DNA of 64,000 bases from Candidatus Uhrbacteria bacterium (GCA_037131775.1 JBAXQK010000001.1:12708-76707), one strand, 5' to 3'; counted from the stretch's first letter, positions 1 to 9,626 are shown. Program-made: numbers and translations. The notes: generated by a model from the sequence alone, not told the origin.

Positions 1-63
1 CCCGGCGGCGACGATCACCGCGGCCGTTACGAGCCCGTAGGCGACCTTCGTCTTCGTGGACAT
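1..63 (-). CDS. Partial CDS at window edge. N-terminus MSTKTKVAYGLVTAAVIVAAG... of a membrane-anchored or secreted protein; the start may instead be at 87.
   Basis: Minus-strand ATG at 63 (or 87) followed by a hydrophobic stretch reading toward coordinate 1. Truncated by the window. Confidence 0.2.
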   Translation of the reverse strand, partial: MSTKTKVAYGLVTAAVIVAAG

Positions 64-70
64 GGCGACA

Positions 71-2032
71 TCAGTCTTGGTTTGCATACGAATCTGGTTC
101 CACAAGTAAATTATCGAATTCGTACATAATGATAGCACCGTCGCCCACCGCATACCAGGCGCCACTTATCCCCCGCGCCCGTTCGTCAAGCCATTCGAAC
201 CCGGGCCAGTAGCGGTAGGTGAGAAAGTAGCCACGGTTGGTTTCCGTGAGCGCCGCGGCGGCACGCATCGTCTCGATCGTTGGCTCGCCGTACGTCATCT
301 GTCCGTAGAGGTCGTAGAGCGCGGCTCCGGTTGGGAGGGGGTACCAGAGGGTCTGGCGTTCGCCGGCGGGAAGGTAGTGCGCGAAGCCGAACTCCCGTAG
401 CGCGGCAGCGGACGTCATTTGATTGGCGAGGACGAAGTAGGGCTGGCCGTCCGCGAGCTCGTCGATGGCATGGACGGCCTCGACATCCGCGGCGCTCACG
501 CTCGGTCCGGAAAGGTCGGACTTAGGATTCGTCTGCGGATAGCTAAAGTAGAGGGAGAGCGACGCCGCGATCGCGACGGGGACGAGGAGGGGCGGGGCGA
601 GCAAAGGACGGCGCGCCGCGACGAATTGCCAGACCGCTTCGCTTCCAACGCCGAGCGTTGGCAGTAGGACAAGCGGAAGGATCTCGACGAGGCGAAGGGC
701 GAACTCGGACTGCTCGTAGGAGATGATATCCTGGAAGACGAACGCGGTGCTCACGAGGAAGATTGAGCCTAGGAGACCGAGGAAAAGTATGGAGACCGTC
801 GACAGATCGGTTTTTCCCGCCGTCGGGCGTGATCCCGCCCGACGGCGAGACGTGCAAACAGCCACGACAATCGTCGCGACGAGAAGGATCGCCGGGAGCC
901 ACTGGTGATAAAGATAAAGGCCGGTCCAGAACGTCGGGACGATTCCTGGAGGGTGGGGGAACGGATCGGCGAAGAGGCCCCAGAAGAAATCGAGGCGTGA
1001 GAACGGGTTGTTGATGACGGTAGAAGCATGAACACGATAGTTGTTCAATGCGAGAAGCGCAGGAACGGATACGGCAAGCAAGACGGTCGCCACGATGTTC
1101 CTCACCGAGTGACGAACATGTCCGTTCGCGATCGAGTACGCCGCGAAGATCGCGGTCGGGACGCCGAGAAGCGGGTGGCAGAGAACGGACCATGCGGCGA
1201 CGATCGCGAGTCCGGCGGCAATGCGGCGGTCGCTGCAGAGCGGGGAGAGGCAGAGGACGAGGATAAATAGGACGACCGTCAGGTTGTACGGAACCGAGAA
1301 GGTGAGAGCTGCGAACGGGGTCACGAGGAACAGATAGATCCATCGTCGCGCCGCCTCGTCGGTCATCCCCCAGCCGTCGCGGAGTCCGGCGATTCCGAGG
1401 ATTGGGATCAGCATCGAGGCGAGCAGCGGGACGAGCCATTTGTCGAGCGCGTCGACGGAAATTCCGAGCAGGCGATGGACGATCGCGACGATTGCGTATT
1501 GTCCCGCGTACAGCGGCGTCTTCGGATCGATGTGACCGGCGGCGGCGAGCGCGGTTTCGGCGGCTCGGTGCACGAACGGATCGAAGCCGAAGCCGATCTT
1601 GAAGATGGTCGTCGCGATCGAGAACGCGGTGAAGAAGTGAAAGAAGGTCGCGACGCGCGAACGGGACAGCATTCCCGAGAAGGTCGTCGCGGCGAAGATG
1701 ACGAAGACCGCCGGGCTGACGACGAGCCATGGGCTCGAGAGCGCGAGGTCTGTACGGGCGTGGAGGCAGGCGATGAGGATGAGCAGGTCTCCCGCGATGG
1801 TCGCGAGAACAAAGAATAGGTCTGGTTTCCCAGGGACTTTAGTCCCGTTCGTCGTTCGACGCGACAAGCCCCACGTCACGACCGCCGCCGCGACAATCCC
1901 AGCGATCTCGACGAACGCGTTCAAATCGAACAGCAAATACCCGATCGTCCATACGATCCCGGCGGTTGAAAGCGCGCAGAGAAACCAAAGTGCCGATCGC
2001 TCGATTGGGTCTTGGAAGACTGGTTTCGGCAT
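71..2032 (-). CDS. Large polytopic membrane protein with a C-terminal soluble domain; putative GT-C-fold glycosyltransferase-like or DUF2079-like protein.
   Basis: 653-aa ORF with more than 10 predicted hydrophobic helices in the N-terminal 450 aa, followed by an approximately 200-aa hydrophilic tail. No recognisable catalytic motif. A shadow ORF lies on the opposite strand. Confidence 0.4.
   Translation of the reverse strand: MPKPVFQDPIERSALWFLCALSTAGIVWTIGYLLFDLNAFVEIAGIVAAAVVTWGLSRRTTNGTKVPGKPDLFFVLATIAGDLLILIACLHARTDLALSSPWLVVSPAVFVIFAATTFSGMLSRSRVATFFHFFTAFSIATTIFKIGFGFDPFVHRAAETALAAAGHIDPKTPLYAGQYAIVAIVHRLLGISVDALDKWLVPLLASMLIPILGIAGLRDGWGMTDEAARRWIYLFLVTPFAALTFSVPYNLTVVLFILVLCLSPLCSDRRIAAGLAIVAAWSVLCHPLLGVPTAIFAAYSIANGHVRHSVRNIVATVLLAVSVPALLALNNYRVHASTVINNPFSRLDFFWGLFADPFPHPPGIVPTFWTGLYLYHQWLPAILLVATIVVAVCTSRRRAGSRPTAGKTDLSTVSILFLGLLGSIFLVSTAFVFQDIISYEQSEFALRLVEILPLVLLPTLGVGSEAVWQFVAARRPLLAPPLLVPVAIAASLSLYFSYPQTNPKSDLSGPSVSAADVEAVHAIDELADGQPYFVLANQMTSAAALREFGFAHYLPAGERQTLWYPLPTGAALYDLYGQMTYGEPTIETMRAAAALTETNRGYFLTYRYWPGFEWLDERARGISGAWYAVGDGAIIMYEFDNLLVEPDSYANQD
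1826..1852. repeat. Copy of the short palindromic repeat CCCAGGGACTTTAGTCCCGTTCG (core GGGACTTTAGTCCC).
   Basis: The same 21-23-mer recurs at 36828-36850 and 49956-49976. Here it lies inside the 5' part of ORF 71..2032. Confidence 0.5.
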
Positions 2033-2061
2033 AGCGCGTAATTTGCTATGATCCTACCACT

Positions 2062-3069
2062 ATGAATCAGATGAAACCACTGCTCGGCCAGATGCTCCAG
2101 AAAATCGCCCCGCGGATCGGCGCGACGGTCGTGATGGAACCGGAATGGGACATTGCCGGGCAGATCATTTTCGCGAACGGGCGCAAGCGATACTTCCGGT
2201 ATTCGAGCCTAGACCTGAACGGGCTTGGTGCGTCCGACATTGCGAAGGACAAGGATTACGCAAACTTTTTCTTGGCGAGGATGGGATACCCGACCATCGA
2301 GGGCAAGGTATTTTTTTCGCCTGATTTCGGACGCGCGATCGGACGGCCGAAGCAGAACATTGACGCGGCATTTCGGTATGCGACGTCCCTCGGGATGCCG
2401 GTGGTGGTCAAGCCGAACAGCGGGAGCCAGGGGACCGGGGTCGCGTTCGTCCAGACGAAGAAGGAGTTCTACGTGGCTATGCGCCGCGTGTTCAAGACGG
2501 ACCGCGTTGCGCTCGTTCAGCGACCCGTCGCCGGCAAAGATTATCGCGTCGTCGTGCTTGACGACAAAATTATCTCAGCCTATGAGCGCATTGCCTTGAG
2601 CGTCGTCGGCGATGGTCGGGCAAAGGTCGACCGGCTGTTGGCGCGCAAGCAGAAGGCATTCCGGACGTCGGGACGGGACACGTCCATTCGGACGGACGAT
2701 CCGCGCATCACCATCAAGCTGCAACGACAGGGGCTTTCCCGCGATTCAGTTATTGAGACGGGCAGACGGGTGTTTCTGCTCGATAACGCCAACCTGTCCA
2801 CGGGAGGCGACGCGGTGGACGTCACGAAGACGATTCATCCTGAGTTCAAGAAAATCGCTGTACGGATCACGAAGGACATGGGCCTTCGGCTGTGCGGCGT
2901 GGATTTGATGGTAAACGGCGACATTACGCAAAAACCCGCCGATTACCGGGTCATTGAGATCAACTCCGCGCCGGGCCTGGACCACTATGCCAAGGCCGGG
3001 GCGGAACAGGAGAAGATCGTGGAGGAGTTATATTTGGAGGTGCTGAAGAGCATGGCGGTGGCACGTTAG
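2062..3069 (+). CDS. ATP-grasp enzyme resembling the N-terminal ATP-grasp domain of cyanophycin synthetase (CphA), stand-alone at 335 aa.
   Basis: Blocks VVVKPNSGSQGTGV, DYRVVVLDDKIISAYERIALSVVGDG, LLDNANLSTGGDAVDVT..IHPEF and GVDLM..D...YRVIEINSAPGL match CphA N-domain and ATP-grasp signatures from memory. There are no Mur-ligase-like M or C domains. Confidence 0.6.
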   Translation: MNQMKPLLGQMLQKIAPRIGATVVMEPEWDIAGQIIFANGRKRYFRYSSLDLNGLGASDIAKDKDYANFFLARMGYPTIEGKVFFSPDFGRAIGRPKQNIDAAFRYATSLGMPVVVKPNSGSQGTGVAFVQTKKEFYVAMRRVFKTDRVALVQRPVAGKDYRVVVLDDKIISAYERIALSVVGDGRAKVDRLLARKQKAFRTSGRDTSIRTDDPRITIKLQRQGLSRDSVIETGRRVFLLDNANLSTGGDAVDVTKTIHPEFKKIAVRITKDMGLRLCGVDLMVNGDITQKPADYRVIEINSAPGLDHYAKAGAEQEKIVEELYLEVLKSMAVAR

Positions 3070-4373
3070 AGCGAGTTTATGTCCTTTTGGTACTGCTTGG
3101 CGCGGGTAATCACCTGGTCGCCGTAGAAGCGGTAGGCGACGTTGGTGGATCCACTGAAGTAATACATGGCCGCGGTCCAGTTGCCGTTTTCCGTGCCGTT
3201 CGCCCCGTCGTGGGTGAGCTTCAGCGCGGCGGCGAGAAACGCGTCGGTGATGTTCCAGGGGTCGGATGCCTTGCCCGTGATCGCGCTGATCTTGCCCGAG
3301 TATCCGATCCACGTGGATGGGATGAACTGTGCCGGGCCCATGGCGCCGCCCCAGCCGATCTGATTGCCCTTCGCATCGTGCATGGGGCAGGAGATGGGCG
3401 TTCCTTCCGTGCTGCGGCCGAGAGCGTTCATAATGCTCTTGAACGGCTCCTGGTCGCGCGTCGGCTTCATGACGACCTTCCAGCCTTTCGCGGGAGGATC
3501 CTGGGGTCGGTTGCATGTGCCCACGTTCGCGCCCAGGTTCGATTCTTGCGTCAAAACGGACAGGAGAAACGCCGGGTCGATTCCGGTGACGCCCGAAACC
3601 CACTTTGCCTTGGTCACGGCCTCGCCAAAGGTGATGTGCACCGATCCGGTATCGAGCAGCTGGTAGATGCGGGTGCGAATCTTCGCGGCCTCGGTCTTCT
3701 GCGTCTTGATGTCAGCCGCGTACGCCCATTCCTTGCCCTTCGATTGGGCGAGCAAACCCTTTTGGTCCTGCTCGTTTTCCACGAGCGCGGTTTCCTGGAG
3801 CGCGTGGATGGAAAGCAGGTTTCGTGCCTCGTCGGCGACGTCCTCCAGCGCCTGGTTCTGCGTTGCGAGATCCTCGTTGACCGTCTTTACCGTCGCGACG
3901 ACCTCGTTGAGCTTGTCGGCGACCTCGACGTATTGCTGGACGACGTTCATCGCGTCGAACACGTTGTCGCTCTTCAGAAATGCGAACAAGGGCGACTGGC
4001 CGTCGGCCATGTTCATGGCGACGAGCAAGTTGGCAAGCTGTCCGCGGAGGCCGTCCCGATGCGCGCTATTCTCGTCGATCTTCTTCCTCGTCTCATTCCG
4101 TCGGTCTTCGGCGTCGCGAATCTGTAGGTCTGCCTCCTCCATCTGGAGCTGAATGATCGACCGGCTCTTCGCGATCTCCGCGATGGCGCTCGCGTACGTT
4201 CTCGTCTTGCCCTGCGCGGCAACGATCTGTTGCTGGTCGCTCGCAATCTCCGCCTCAATTTCCCTGAGCCGCGCCTGGAGGCTTGAAGCCGTGTCCTCCG
4301 CGCGCAGTTCTAACGGCAGACAAAAAGAAGCCAGCAGGCCCAGGGCAATGATCCGCGTGATTTTAGATGTCAT
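3066..4373 (-). CDS. Secreted lytic transglycosylase (SLT/lysozyme-like domain) with a long N-terminal coiled-coil region.
   Basis: Signal peptide MTSKITRIIALGLLASFCLP. Coiled-coil-rich first approximately 250 aa. C-terminal LTQESNLGANVGTC...GAMGPAQFIP is typical of the SLT catalytic E-S motif. Start taken at ATG 4373 because the ORF's upstream extension lacks a signal peptide. Confidence 0.6.
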   Translation of the reverse strand: MTSKITRIIALGLLASFCLPLELRAEDTASSLQARLREIEAEIASDQQQIVAAQGKTRTYASAIAEIAKSRSIIQLQMEEADLQIRDAEDRRNETRKKIDENSAHRDGLRGQLANLLVAMNMADGQSPLFAFLKSDNVFDAMNVVQQYVEVADKLNEVVATVKTVNEDLATQNQALEDVADEARNLLSIHALQETALVENEQDQKGLLAQSKGKEWAYAADIKTQKTEAAKIRTRIYQLLDTGSVHITFGEAVTKAKWVSGVTGIDPAFLLSVLTQESNLGANVGTCNRPQDPPAKGWKVVMKPTRDQEPFKSIMNALGRSTEGTPISCPMHDAKGNQIGWGGAMGPAQFIPSTWIGYSGKISAITGKASDPWNITDAFLAAALKLTHDGANGTENGNWTAAMYYFSGSTNVAYRFYGDQVITRAKQYQKDINSL

Positions 4374-4437
4374 GTGCGTCGATCGCATGACAGTATGGTA
4401 ACATGTGCGAACTTCCGCATCCAGCGACAATTCTTTT

Positions 4438-6621
4438 ATGAAACAACTCCTCAAAACGCATTTCGGCTACGATGCCTTCCGTCCGCTGCAGGAGGACATC
4501 ATGAACACGGTCCTCGGTAAAAAGGATGCGCTTGTCCTCATGCCAACGGGGGGAGGGAAGTCGTTGTGTTTCCAGCTCCCGGCGCTCATGTTTCCCGGAA
4601 TCACGCTCGTGATCTCCCCGCTCATCGCGCTCATGAAGGACCAGGTCGATTCGCTGACCGCCAACGGCATCTCCGCCGCGTTCATCAACAGCACGCTGAC
4701 GGACGACGAGATGCAGTCCGTCGAGTTCCGCGCGCTGTCCGGCGAGCTGAAGATCCTGTACGTGGCCCCGGAGCGTCTTCCGTCGCCCGCGTTTCGGCGC
4801 CTGCTCGAGCAGCTTACCGTGAGTCTCATCGCCATCGACGAGGCGCACTGTATCTCGGAATGGGGCCACGACTTCCGGCCGGACTACCGCAACCTAAAGG
4901 ATCTCCGGTCTGCATTTCCGTCCGTCCCGGTCATGGCGCTCACGGCGACCGCGACCCCGAGGGTCCGCGATGACATCGTGAGGCAGCTCTCGATGCAGGA
5001 GGCATCCGTGTTCCTCTCGAGTTTCAACCGCCCGAACCTCACGTATTCCGTTGTCCCGAAGTCCAACTCGTTCAGCCAGCTCGTCGACCGCCTTCGCCGT
5101 CTGAACGACCAGCCGGCGATCGTCTACTGCTTTTCGCGCAAGGACACCGAGTCACTCGCCGCCGATCTGACGCACGCCGGGCTCCGCGCCCTGCCGTATC
5201 ACGCGGGCCTTGAGCGCGATCTGCGGCGCGAGACCCAGGAGCGGTTCATCCGCGACGAAGTGCCGATCATCGTGGCGACGATCGCGTTCGGGATGGGAAT
5301 CGACAAGCCCGACGTCCGGCTCGTGGCGCACATGGACCTGCCAAAGACCATCGAGGGGTACTACCAGGAAACGGGCCGCGCCGGACGCGACGGGCTGCCG
5401 AGCGAATGCGTCCTGTTCTACACCTACGGCGACAAGCGCAAGCAGGAATTCTTCATCGCCCAGATCGCGGACGAGGACGAGCGCGAGCTTGCCCAGACCA
5501 AGCTGAACCAGGTGGTCTCGTATTGCGAGTCGGATACCTGTCGGCGACAGATGCTTCTGCGTTACTTCGGCGAACCCTGGGACGATTCCAAGTGCGACGC
5601 GTGCGACAACTGCATCCAGGCTCCCGTCGAATCCCGCGATGCCACCGAGATCTCCCAGAAGATCCTGTCCGCCGTATTGCGCACCGGCGAGGCGTTCGGC
5701 GCGGCGTACGTGATCGACGTACTCCGAGGGTCGCGGAAGGAGCGGATCGTCGAGAATCATCACGACGACCTCCCGGTCCACGGGATCGGACGCGACGTTT
5801 CGGTCGACTCGCTTCGGGAGTGTTTCCGACTGTTGCAAAAGAAAGGCTATTTGGAAAAGACCGAGGGCGACTATCCGACGCTGCGGGTTTCCCGCATGGG
5901 AAAGGCCGCGCTTTCCGCGAGGGAGTCGATCGAGCTCCCCGTCACGATTGCTACGACGACCGCCGCGCCGTCGAGATCCTCCCGTTCGTCGTCGGCTGCC
6001 GCCGGATCCGTTCCATACGACGCGGGTCTGTTCGAGATACTCCGCCGTGAGCGGAAGTCCATTGCCGACGAGCGTCACGTTCCGCCGTTCGTCATCTTCG
6101 GCGACAAGACGCTGCACGAGATGGCATATTATTTCCCACGCTCGACGGACAGCCTGTCGTCCGTGTTCGGCGTGGGCGCAAAGAAGCTAGAAGAGTTCGG
6201 AGACGCATTCCTCGCGTTGATTCGCGAGTATGCCGATGCGAATGATCGTGCGGAACGGAAGCATCCAAAGACCGGGGAGGAACGGACGACCGGATCGTCC
6301 TCGGACGGATCCGCGACGGTCGAGCGACGAGGAGGATCAACCGTTCTCAAGACGAAAGAACTCATCGAGAACAAGCTGACCCTGGCCCAGATCGCCGAAT
6401 CCCGCGGGCTCAGCGAGGGAACGGTCGTGACGCACATCGCCGCGCTGCTCCAGGAGAACGACTCGCTCGACATCGAGCACCTTCGCCCGTCCGACGAACG
6501 CATGTGCGCCATCTCGGACGCGTTCGAAAAAACCGGCGGAGCCTTTCTCTCGCCGGTCAAAACGCTGCTTGGGGACGACTATTCCTACGATGAGATCAAG
6601 CTCGCGCGGCTGTTCTTGTAG
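4438..6621 (+). CDS. recQ: ATP-dependent DNA helicase RecQ.
   Basis: FGYDAFRPLQ, LMPTGGGKSLCFQLPA Walker A, DEAHCISEWGHDFRPDY, RecQ-Ct zinc-binding Cys cluster (CRRQ..CDACDNC), HRDC-like region, and an extra C-terminal HTH-like tail. Confidence 0.85.
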   Translation: MKQLLKTHFGYDAFRPLQEDIMNTVLGKKDALVLMPTGGGKSLCFQLPALMFPGITLVISPLIALMKDQVDSLTANGISAAFINSTLTDDEMQSVEFRALSGELKILYVAPERLPSPAFRRLLEQLTVSLIAIDEAHCISEWGHDFRPDYRNLKDLRSAFPSVPVMALTATATPRVRDDIVRQLSMQEASVFLSSFNRPNLTYSVVPKSNSFSQLVDRLRRLNDQPAIVYCFSRKDTESLAADLTHAGLRALPYHAGLERDLRRETQERFIRDEVPIIVATIAFGMGIDKPDVRLVAHMDLPKTIEGYYQETGRAGRDGLPSECVLFYTYGDKRKQEFFIAQIADEDERELAQTKLNQVVSYCESDTCRRQMLLRYFGEPWDDSKCDACDNCIQAPVESRDATEISQKILSAVLRTGEAFGAAYVIDVLRGSRKERIVENHHDDLPVHGIGRDVSVDSLRECFRLLQKKGYLEKTEGDYPTLRVSRMGKAALSARESIELPVTIATTTAAPSRSSRSSSAAAGSVPYDAGLFEILRRERKSIADERHVPPFVIFGDKTLHEMAYYFPRSTDSLSSVFGVGAKKLEEFGDAFLALIREYADANDRAERKHPKTGEERTTGSSSDGSATVERRGGSTVLKTKELIENKLTLAQIAESRGLSEGTVVTHIAALLQENDSLDIEHLRPSDERMCAISDAFEKTGGAFLSPVKTLLGDDYSYDEIKLARLFL

Positions 6622-7411
6622 AGGCCGCGACGCTGGCGACAAGGAAGAACAGGATACTCCAGAGAACGATCGTTCCTCCGCTCGCGAGATCGAGATAGAA
6701 TGACGACACGAGGCCGAGGATCACGGACAGGACGGAGATCCCGATGGCGATCTCCCATGTCTTGCGGAACCCCGTGCGAAACTGCATCGCGCCGAGCACC
6801 GGGATGACCATGAGCGCGCCGATGAGGAGCACGCCGACCACGTTCATCGAGATCGCGATCGTGGCGGCGCCGAGGACGGCCAGGACGCGATTGAGCTTTT
6901 TGACCGAGATGCCGCTCGCCTCGGCCATGTCCTCGTCAAGGGAGACGACGAACAGGGCGCGCCACAGCATCATGGTAATGGCGAACGCAGCGGTTCCGAG
7001 GAGGACGATCGACAGCAGGTCGGCGCGCGTGACGGTGATGATATTTCCAAACAGGTAGTTGACCACGCTCACGTTCTTGCCGTGCGCGAGGCCGAGCAGG
7101 ACGACCGCGACGGCGAGGCCGCCGAACAGGAACAGGGAGACGATGGTGTCCGCGGGGAGCACCTTCTTTTCGCGCATCCGCTCGATGCCGAGGACGGACG
7201 CGACGGAGAACACGAGCGCCGTCGGAATCGCGGCGGTTCCGGCAACGAGGCTCGCGGCGACGCCGGCGAGGGAAATATGGGCCAGCGTGTCGGCCATCGA
7301 CGAGTAGCGGCGGACCACGAAGAACAGGCCGATCGTGGGCGCGACGATGGCGACGACGATGCCGACCATGAGGGCGCGGCGCATGAAGTCGAGAGAGAGA
7401 AGTTCGAGCAT
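6596..7411 (-). CDS. znuB: ABC-type zinc/manganese transporter permease (ZnuB/TroC family).
   Basis: Start set at MLELLSLDFM. Eight hydrophobic helices. Ends convergently overlapping recQ. Immediately downstream of the znuC-like ATPase, which stops at 7416. Confidence 0.75.
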   Translation of the reverse strand: MLELLSLDFMRRALMVGIVVAIVAPTIGLFFVVRRYSSMADTLAHISLAGVAASLVAGTAAIPTALVFSVASVLGIERMREKKVLPADTIVSLFLFGGLAVAVVLLGLAHGKNVSVVNYLFGNIITVTRADLLSIVLLGTAAFAITMMLWRALFVVSLDEDMAEASGISVKKLNRVLAVLGAATIAISMNVVGVLLIGALMVIPVLGAMQFRTGFRKTWEIAIGISVLSVILGLVSSFYLDLASGGTIVLWSILFFLVASVAASTRTAARA

Positions 7412-7415
7412 AGGC

Positions 7416-8195
7416 TTATGCGTGATCGTGATGCTGGTGGTGGGAAAGCAGGTCGGCGCGGTCTGGATGGAACAGGTCGCGCAGCTCCTCCTGGCCGATG
7501 TGGCACGCCTTGTCTCCGTGGCACACCAGCTGGTGCTTGAGGCAGATGGCCGAGCGCGCCTCCTTCGAGACCGCGTGGATGTCGTGCGACACGAAGATGA
7601 TCGTGACCCCGCTCTCGTTGATGCGCCGGAGCATGGCGTAGAACGCGTCACGCGACGCCGGGTCGAGCCCGTCCGTCGGCTCGTCGAGGCACAGGATCCT
7701 CGGCTCGCCGGCCATGGCGCGGGCGAGGAGGACCTTCTGGCGCTCTCCGCCGGAAAGCTTGCTGAGCGGGCGCTTCCAAAGGGTCGAGAGTCCCATGTCC
7801 GTCATTGCCTGGCGAATGGCGTCCTCGTCGTGCTCCTTGAACCGTCCGAACAGCCCGAGGTGCGGGATGCGCCCGGATCGAACGACCTCCTCGACGGTGG
7901 CGGGGAACTGCGGGTCGAGATTTCCTCCGCGCTGTGCCACGTACCCGATCTGACGCCGAACGCACGCGTCCGTCGCCGGCCCGCCAAGTACCTCGATGGT
8001 TCCGTGCGTCGGCTGCAGCAATCCAAGCAATAGGCGAAGCAGGGTCGTCTTCCCGCCGCCGTTCGGCCCGATCACGCCGACGTAGTCGCCGGTCTTGATC
8101 TCGAACGAGAAGTTATGGATGATCTCCTCGCCGTTTCGGACGTAAGAGAGCTTGGACGCGCTGACGATCGGTTGTTGCGTAGCTTCTACGGGCAT
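7416..8195 (-). CDS. znuC: ABC transporter ATP-binding protein for zinc/manganese uptake (ZnuC-like) with a His-rich C-terminus.
   Basis: GPNGGGKTT Walker A, LSGGERQKV signature, ILCLDEPT Walker B, C-terminal HHQHHDHA. Confidence 0.8.
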   Translation of the reverse strand: MPVEATQQPIVSASKLSYVRNGEEIIHNFSFEIKTGDYVGVIGPNGGGKTTLLRLLLGLLQPTHGTIEVLGGPATDACVRRQIGYVAQRGGNLDPQFPATVEEVVRSGRIPHLGLFGRFKEHDEDAIRQAMTDMGLSTLWKRPLSKLSGGERQKVLLARAMAGEPRILCLDEPTDGLDPASRDAFYAMLRRINESGVTIIFVSHDIHAVSKEARSAICLKHQLVCHGDKACHIGQEELRDLFHPDRADLLSHHQHHDHA

Positions 8196-9127
8196 ACCAT
8201 TCCAGTCTTAAGGTTCTCCAAGTTGGATCGCATGACGCTGAGATAGTCCTCGCCTGCACTTGCTTCTTCCGCGGACAACCCCTCGAGCGGGTTGAACACG
8301 AGCGTCCTCGCTCCAATCTCGCTCGCGATCGTCTCGGAAAGCTTCGGGCTGACCAGAGTCTCAAAGAAGATCGCGCGGACGCCCTTCGCCTTCGCGATCG
8401 CCGCGATCTCGGACAACCGTCCGGCCGACGGCTCCTGCTCGGGAGAGATTCCGGAGATGGAGATCACGTCGAACCCGTAGTGCTTGGCGAGGTAGGCGAA
8501 GGCCGCGTGCGATGTTACGACGGTGTGCTGGTGACACGAGGCGAGTCCGGCCACGAAGTCGGCGTCAAGCGACGAGAGCTGCGCGAGATACGCGTCGGCA
8601 TTCCTCGCGTACGTCGCCGCGTTCTTCGCGTTTATAGTAGACAGTGTATCACGGATGAACGCGACTTCTTTTTCCGCGAGAGCAGGATCGAGCCAGAAGT
8701 GCGGGTCCGTTGGGGCGTCTTCCCCAGGTGAGGATGCGAGAAGATCGACCGCGGATCCCATCTCGACGGCCGGGACGCCCTGTATCTTCAATTCGGGAGC
8801 AATCCGATCCGCCCATGCGTCCACGCCTCCGCCGTTGTAAAGCACCAGGTCCGCCCCATACATCTCTGCCACCTGCCGCGCCGTCGGCTCATAGTCGTGC
8901 GGCTCGGTTCCGGACGGCGTAATCGTCGAGACAGACACGAGGTCCCCGCCAACCTGCCGCGCGAACTCGGCGACGGGATAGAAGCTCGCGACGACCTTAA
9001 TACGGCCGGAGTCCGATGTTGAAGAGGAAATCGTCGTTGACGGATGCCACGACGTCGCCCAGGCCAGGACAATTCCAAGAACCACGGCCGCCGAGAGGGA
9101 AAGCACAAACTTGTTCAATGTCCGCAT
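8186..9127 (-). CDS. znuA: Metal (zinc) ABC transporter substrate-binding lipoprotein, ZnuA/TroA family.
   Basis: Signal peptide. Cluster-9 solute-binding protein layout with conserved H/D/E positions (HDYEP, DPHFWLDP). First gene of the znuACB operon. Confidence 0.8.
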   Translation of the reverse strand: MRTLNKFVLSLSAAVVLGIVLAWATSWHPSTTISSSTSDSGRIKVVASFYPVAEFARQVGGDLVSVSTITPSGTEPHDYEPTARQVAEMYGADLVLYNGGGVDAWADRIAPELKIQGVPAVEMGSAVDLLASSPGEDAPTDPHFWLDPALAEKEVAFIRDTLSTINAKNAATYARNADAYLAQLSSLDADFVAGLASCHQHTVVTSHAAFAYLAKHYGFDVISISGISPEQEPSAGRLSEIAAIAKAKGVRAIFFETLVSPKLSETIASEIGARTLVFNPLEGLSAEEASAGEDYLSVMRSNLENLKTGMVCP

Positions 9128-9153
9128 ACGGGAGAATATTCCATTTGCGACAT

Positions 9154-9169
9154 TGTATCACCTGTGATA
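9154..9169. promoter_or_regulatory. Perfect 7-3-7 palindrome GTATCAC-ctg-GTGATAC between znuA and zur; candidate Zur/Fur-family operator.
   Basis: Seen directly in the 55-nt divergent intergenic region. No similar operator was found elsewhere in the window. Confidence 0.45.
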
Positions 9170-9191
9170 CCGTCGCGTCAACGTGAACGTT

Positions 9192-9626
9192 ATGAAAAAG
9201 CTTGCGAACGTGGAACTCTACAGCGTCCTTTATCGCGCCGGGATGAAGATCACCGGTTCCCGCGTTGAGATTCTCCGAATCCTCTGCGAGCTCGATGCCC
9301 CGGTCGGGGTTCCGGAGCTGTTCGATATCGCCGTGAACCGAAACATCACCTACGCCACCGCCTATCGCACACTCGACGCTTTTGCCACAGCCGGCATCGT
9401 CAGAAAAGTAGATCTTCGCCACGGCCATGTCGATTACGAGCTCGTCAAAGACAAGCACGATCATCACCACATCGTTTGTACCGGCTGTGGAAAGATCGAA
9501 GACTTCGACGGCTGCGAGGTCGAGGCGGTCATCAAGAAGGCCCTAAGGGGAAGCAAAGAGTTCCAAGAGGTGAGTGATCACGCGCTTGAGCTGTTTGGGA
9601 GGTGCAAGGGGTGCGTTTCGTCGTAA
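9192..9626 (+). CDS. zur: Fur-family transcriptional regulator, most likely the zinc uptake regulator Zur.
   Basis: RVEILRIL winged-helix region, HHHIVC, CGKIEDF and C-terminal CxxC metal sites. Divergent from znuACB. An alternative GTG start lies at 9183. Confidence 0.75.
   Translation: MKKLANVELYSVLYRAGMKITGSRVEILRILCELDAPVGVPELFDIAVNRNITYATAYRTLDAFATAGIVRKVDLRHGHVDYELVKDKHDHHHIVCTGCGKIEDFDGCEVEAVIKKALRGSKEFQEVSDHALELFGRCKGCVSS

Noticed and set aside
543-1730. Long opposite-strand or alternative-frame ORFs overlapping clear genes (for example 543..1730, 3087..4127, 5152..6117, 14893..16275, 19311..21245, 21260..22183, 23724..24875, 25745..27274, 27723..28643, 30243..31313, 38300..39763, 57162..58436).
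   Set aside because: High-GC genomes generate long stop-free shadow frames. These ORFs are Arg/Pro/Gly/Ala-biased with no motifs, while the overlapping ORFs carry unambiguous family signatures.
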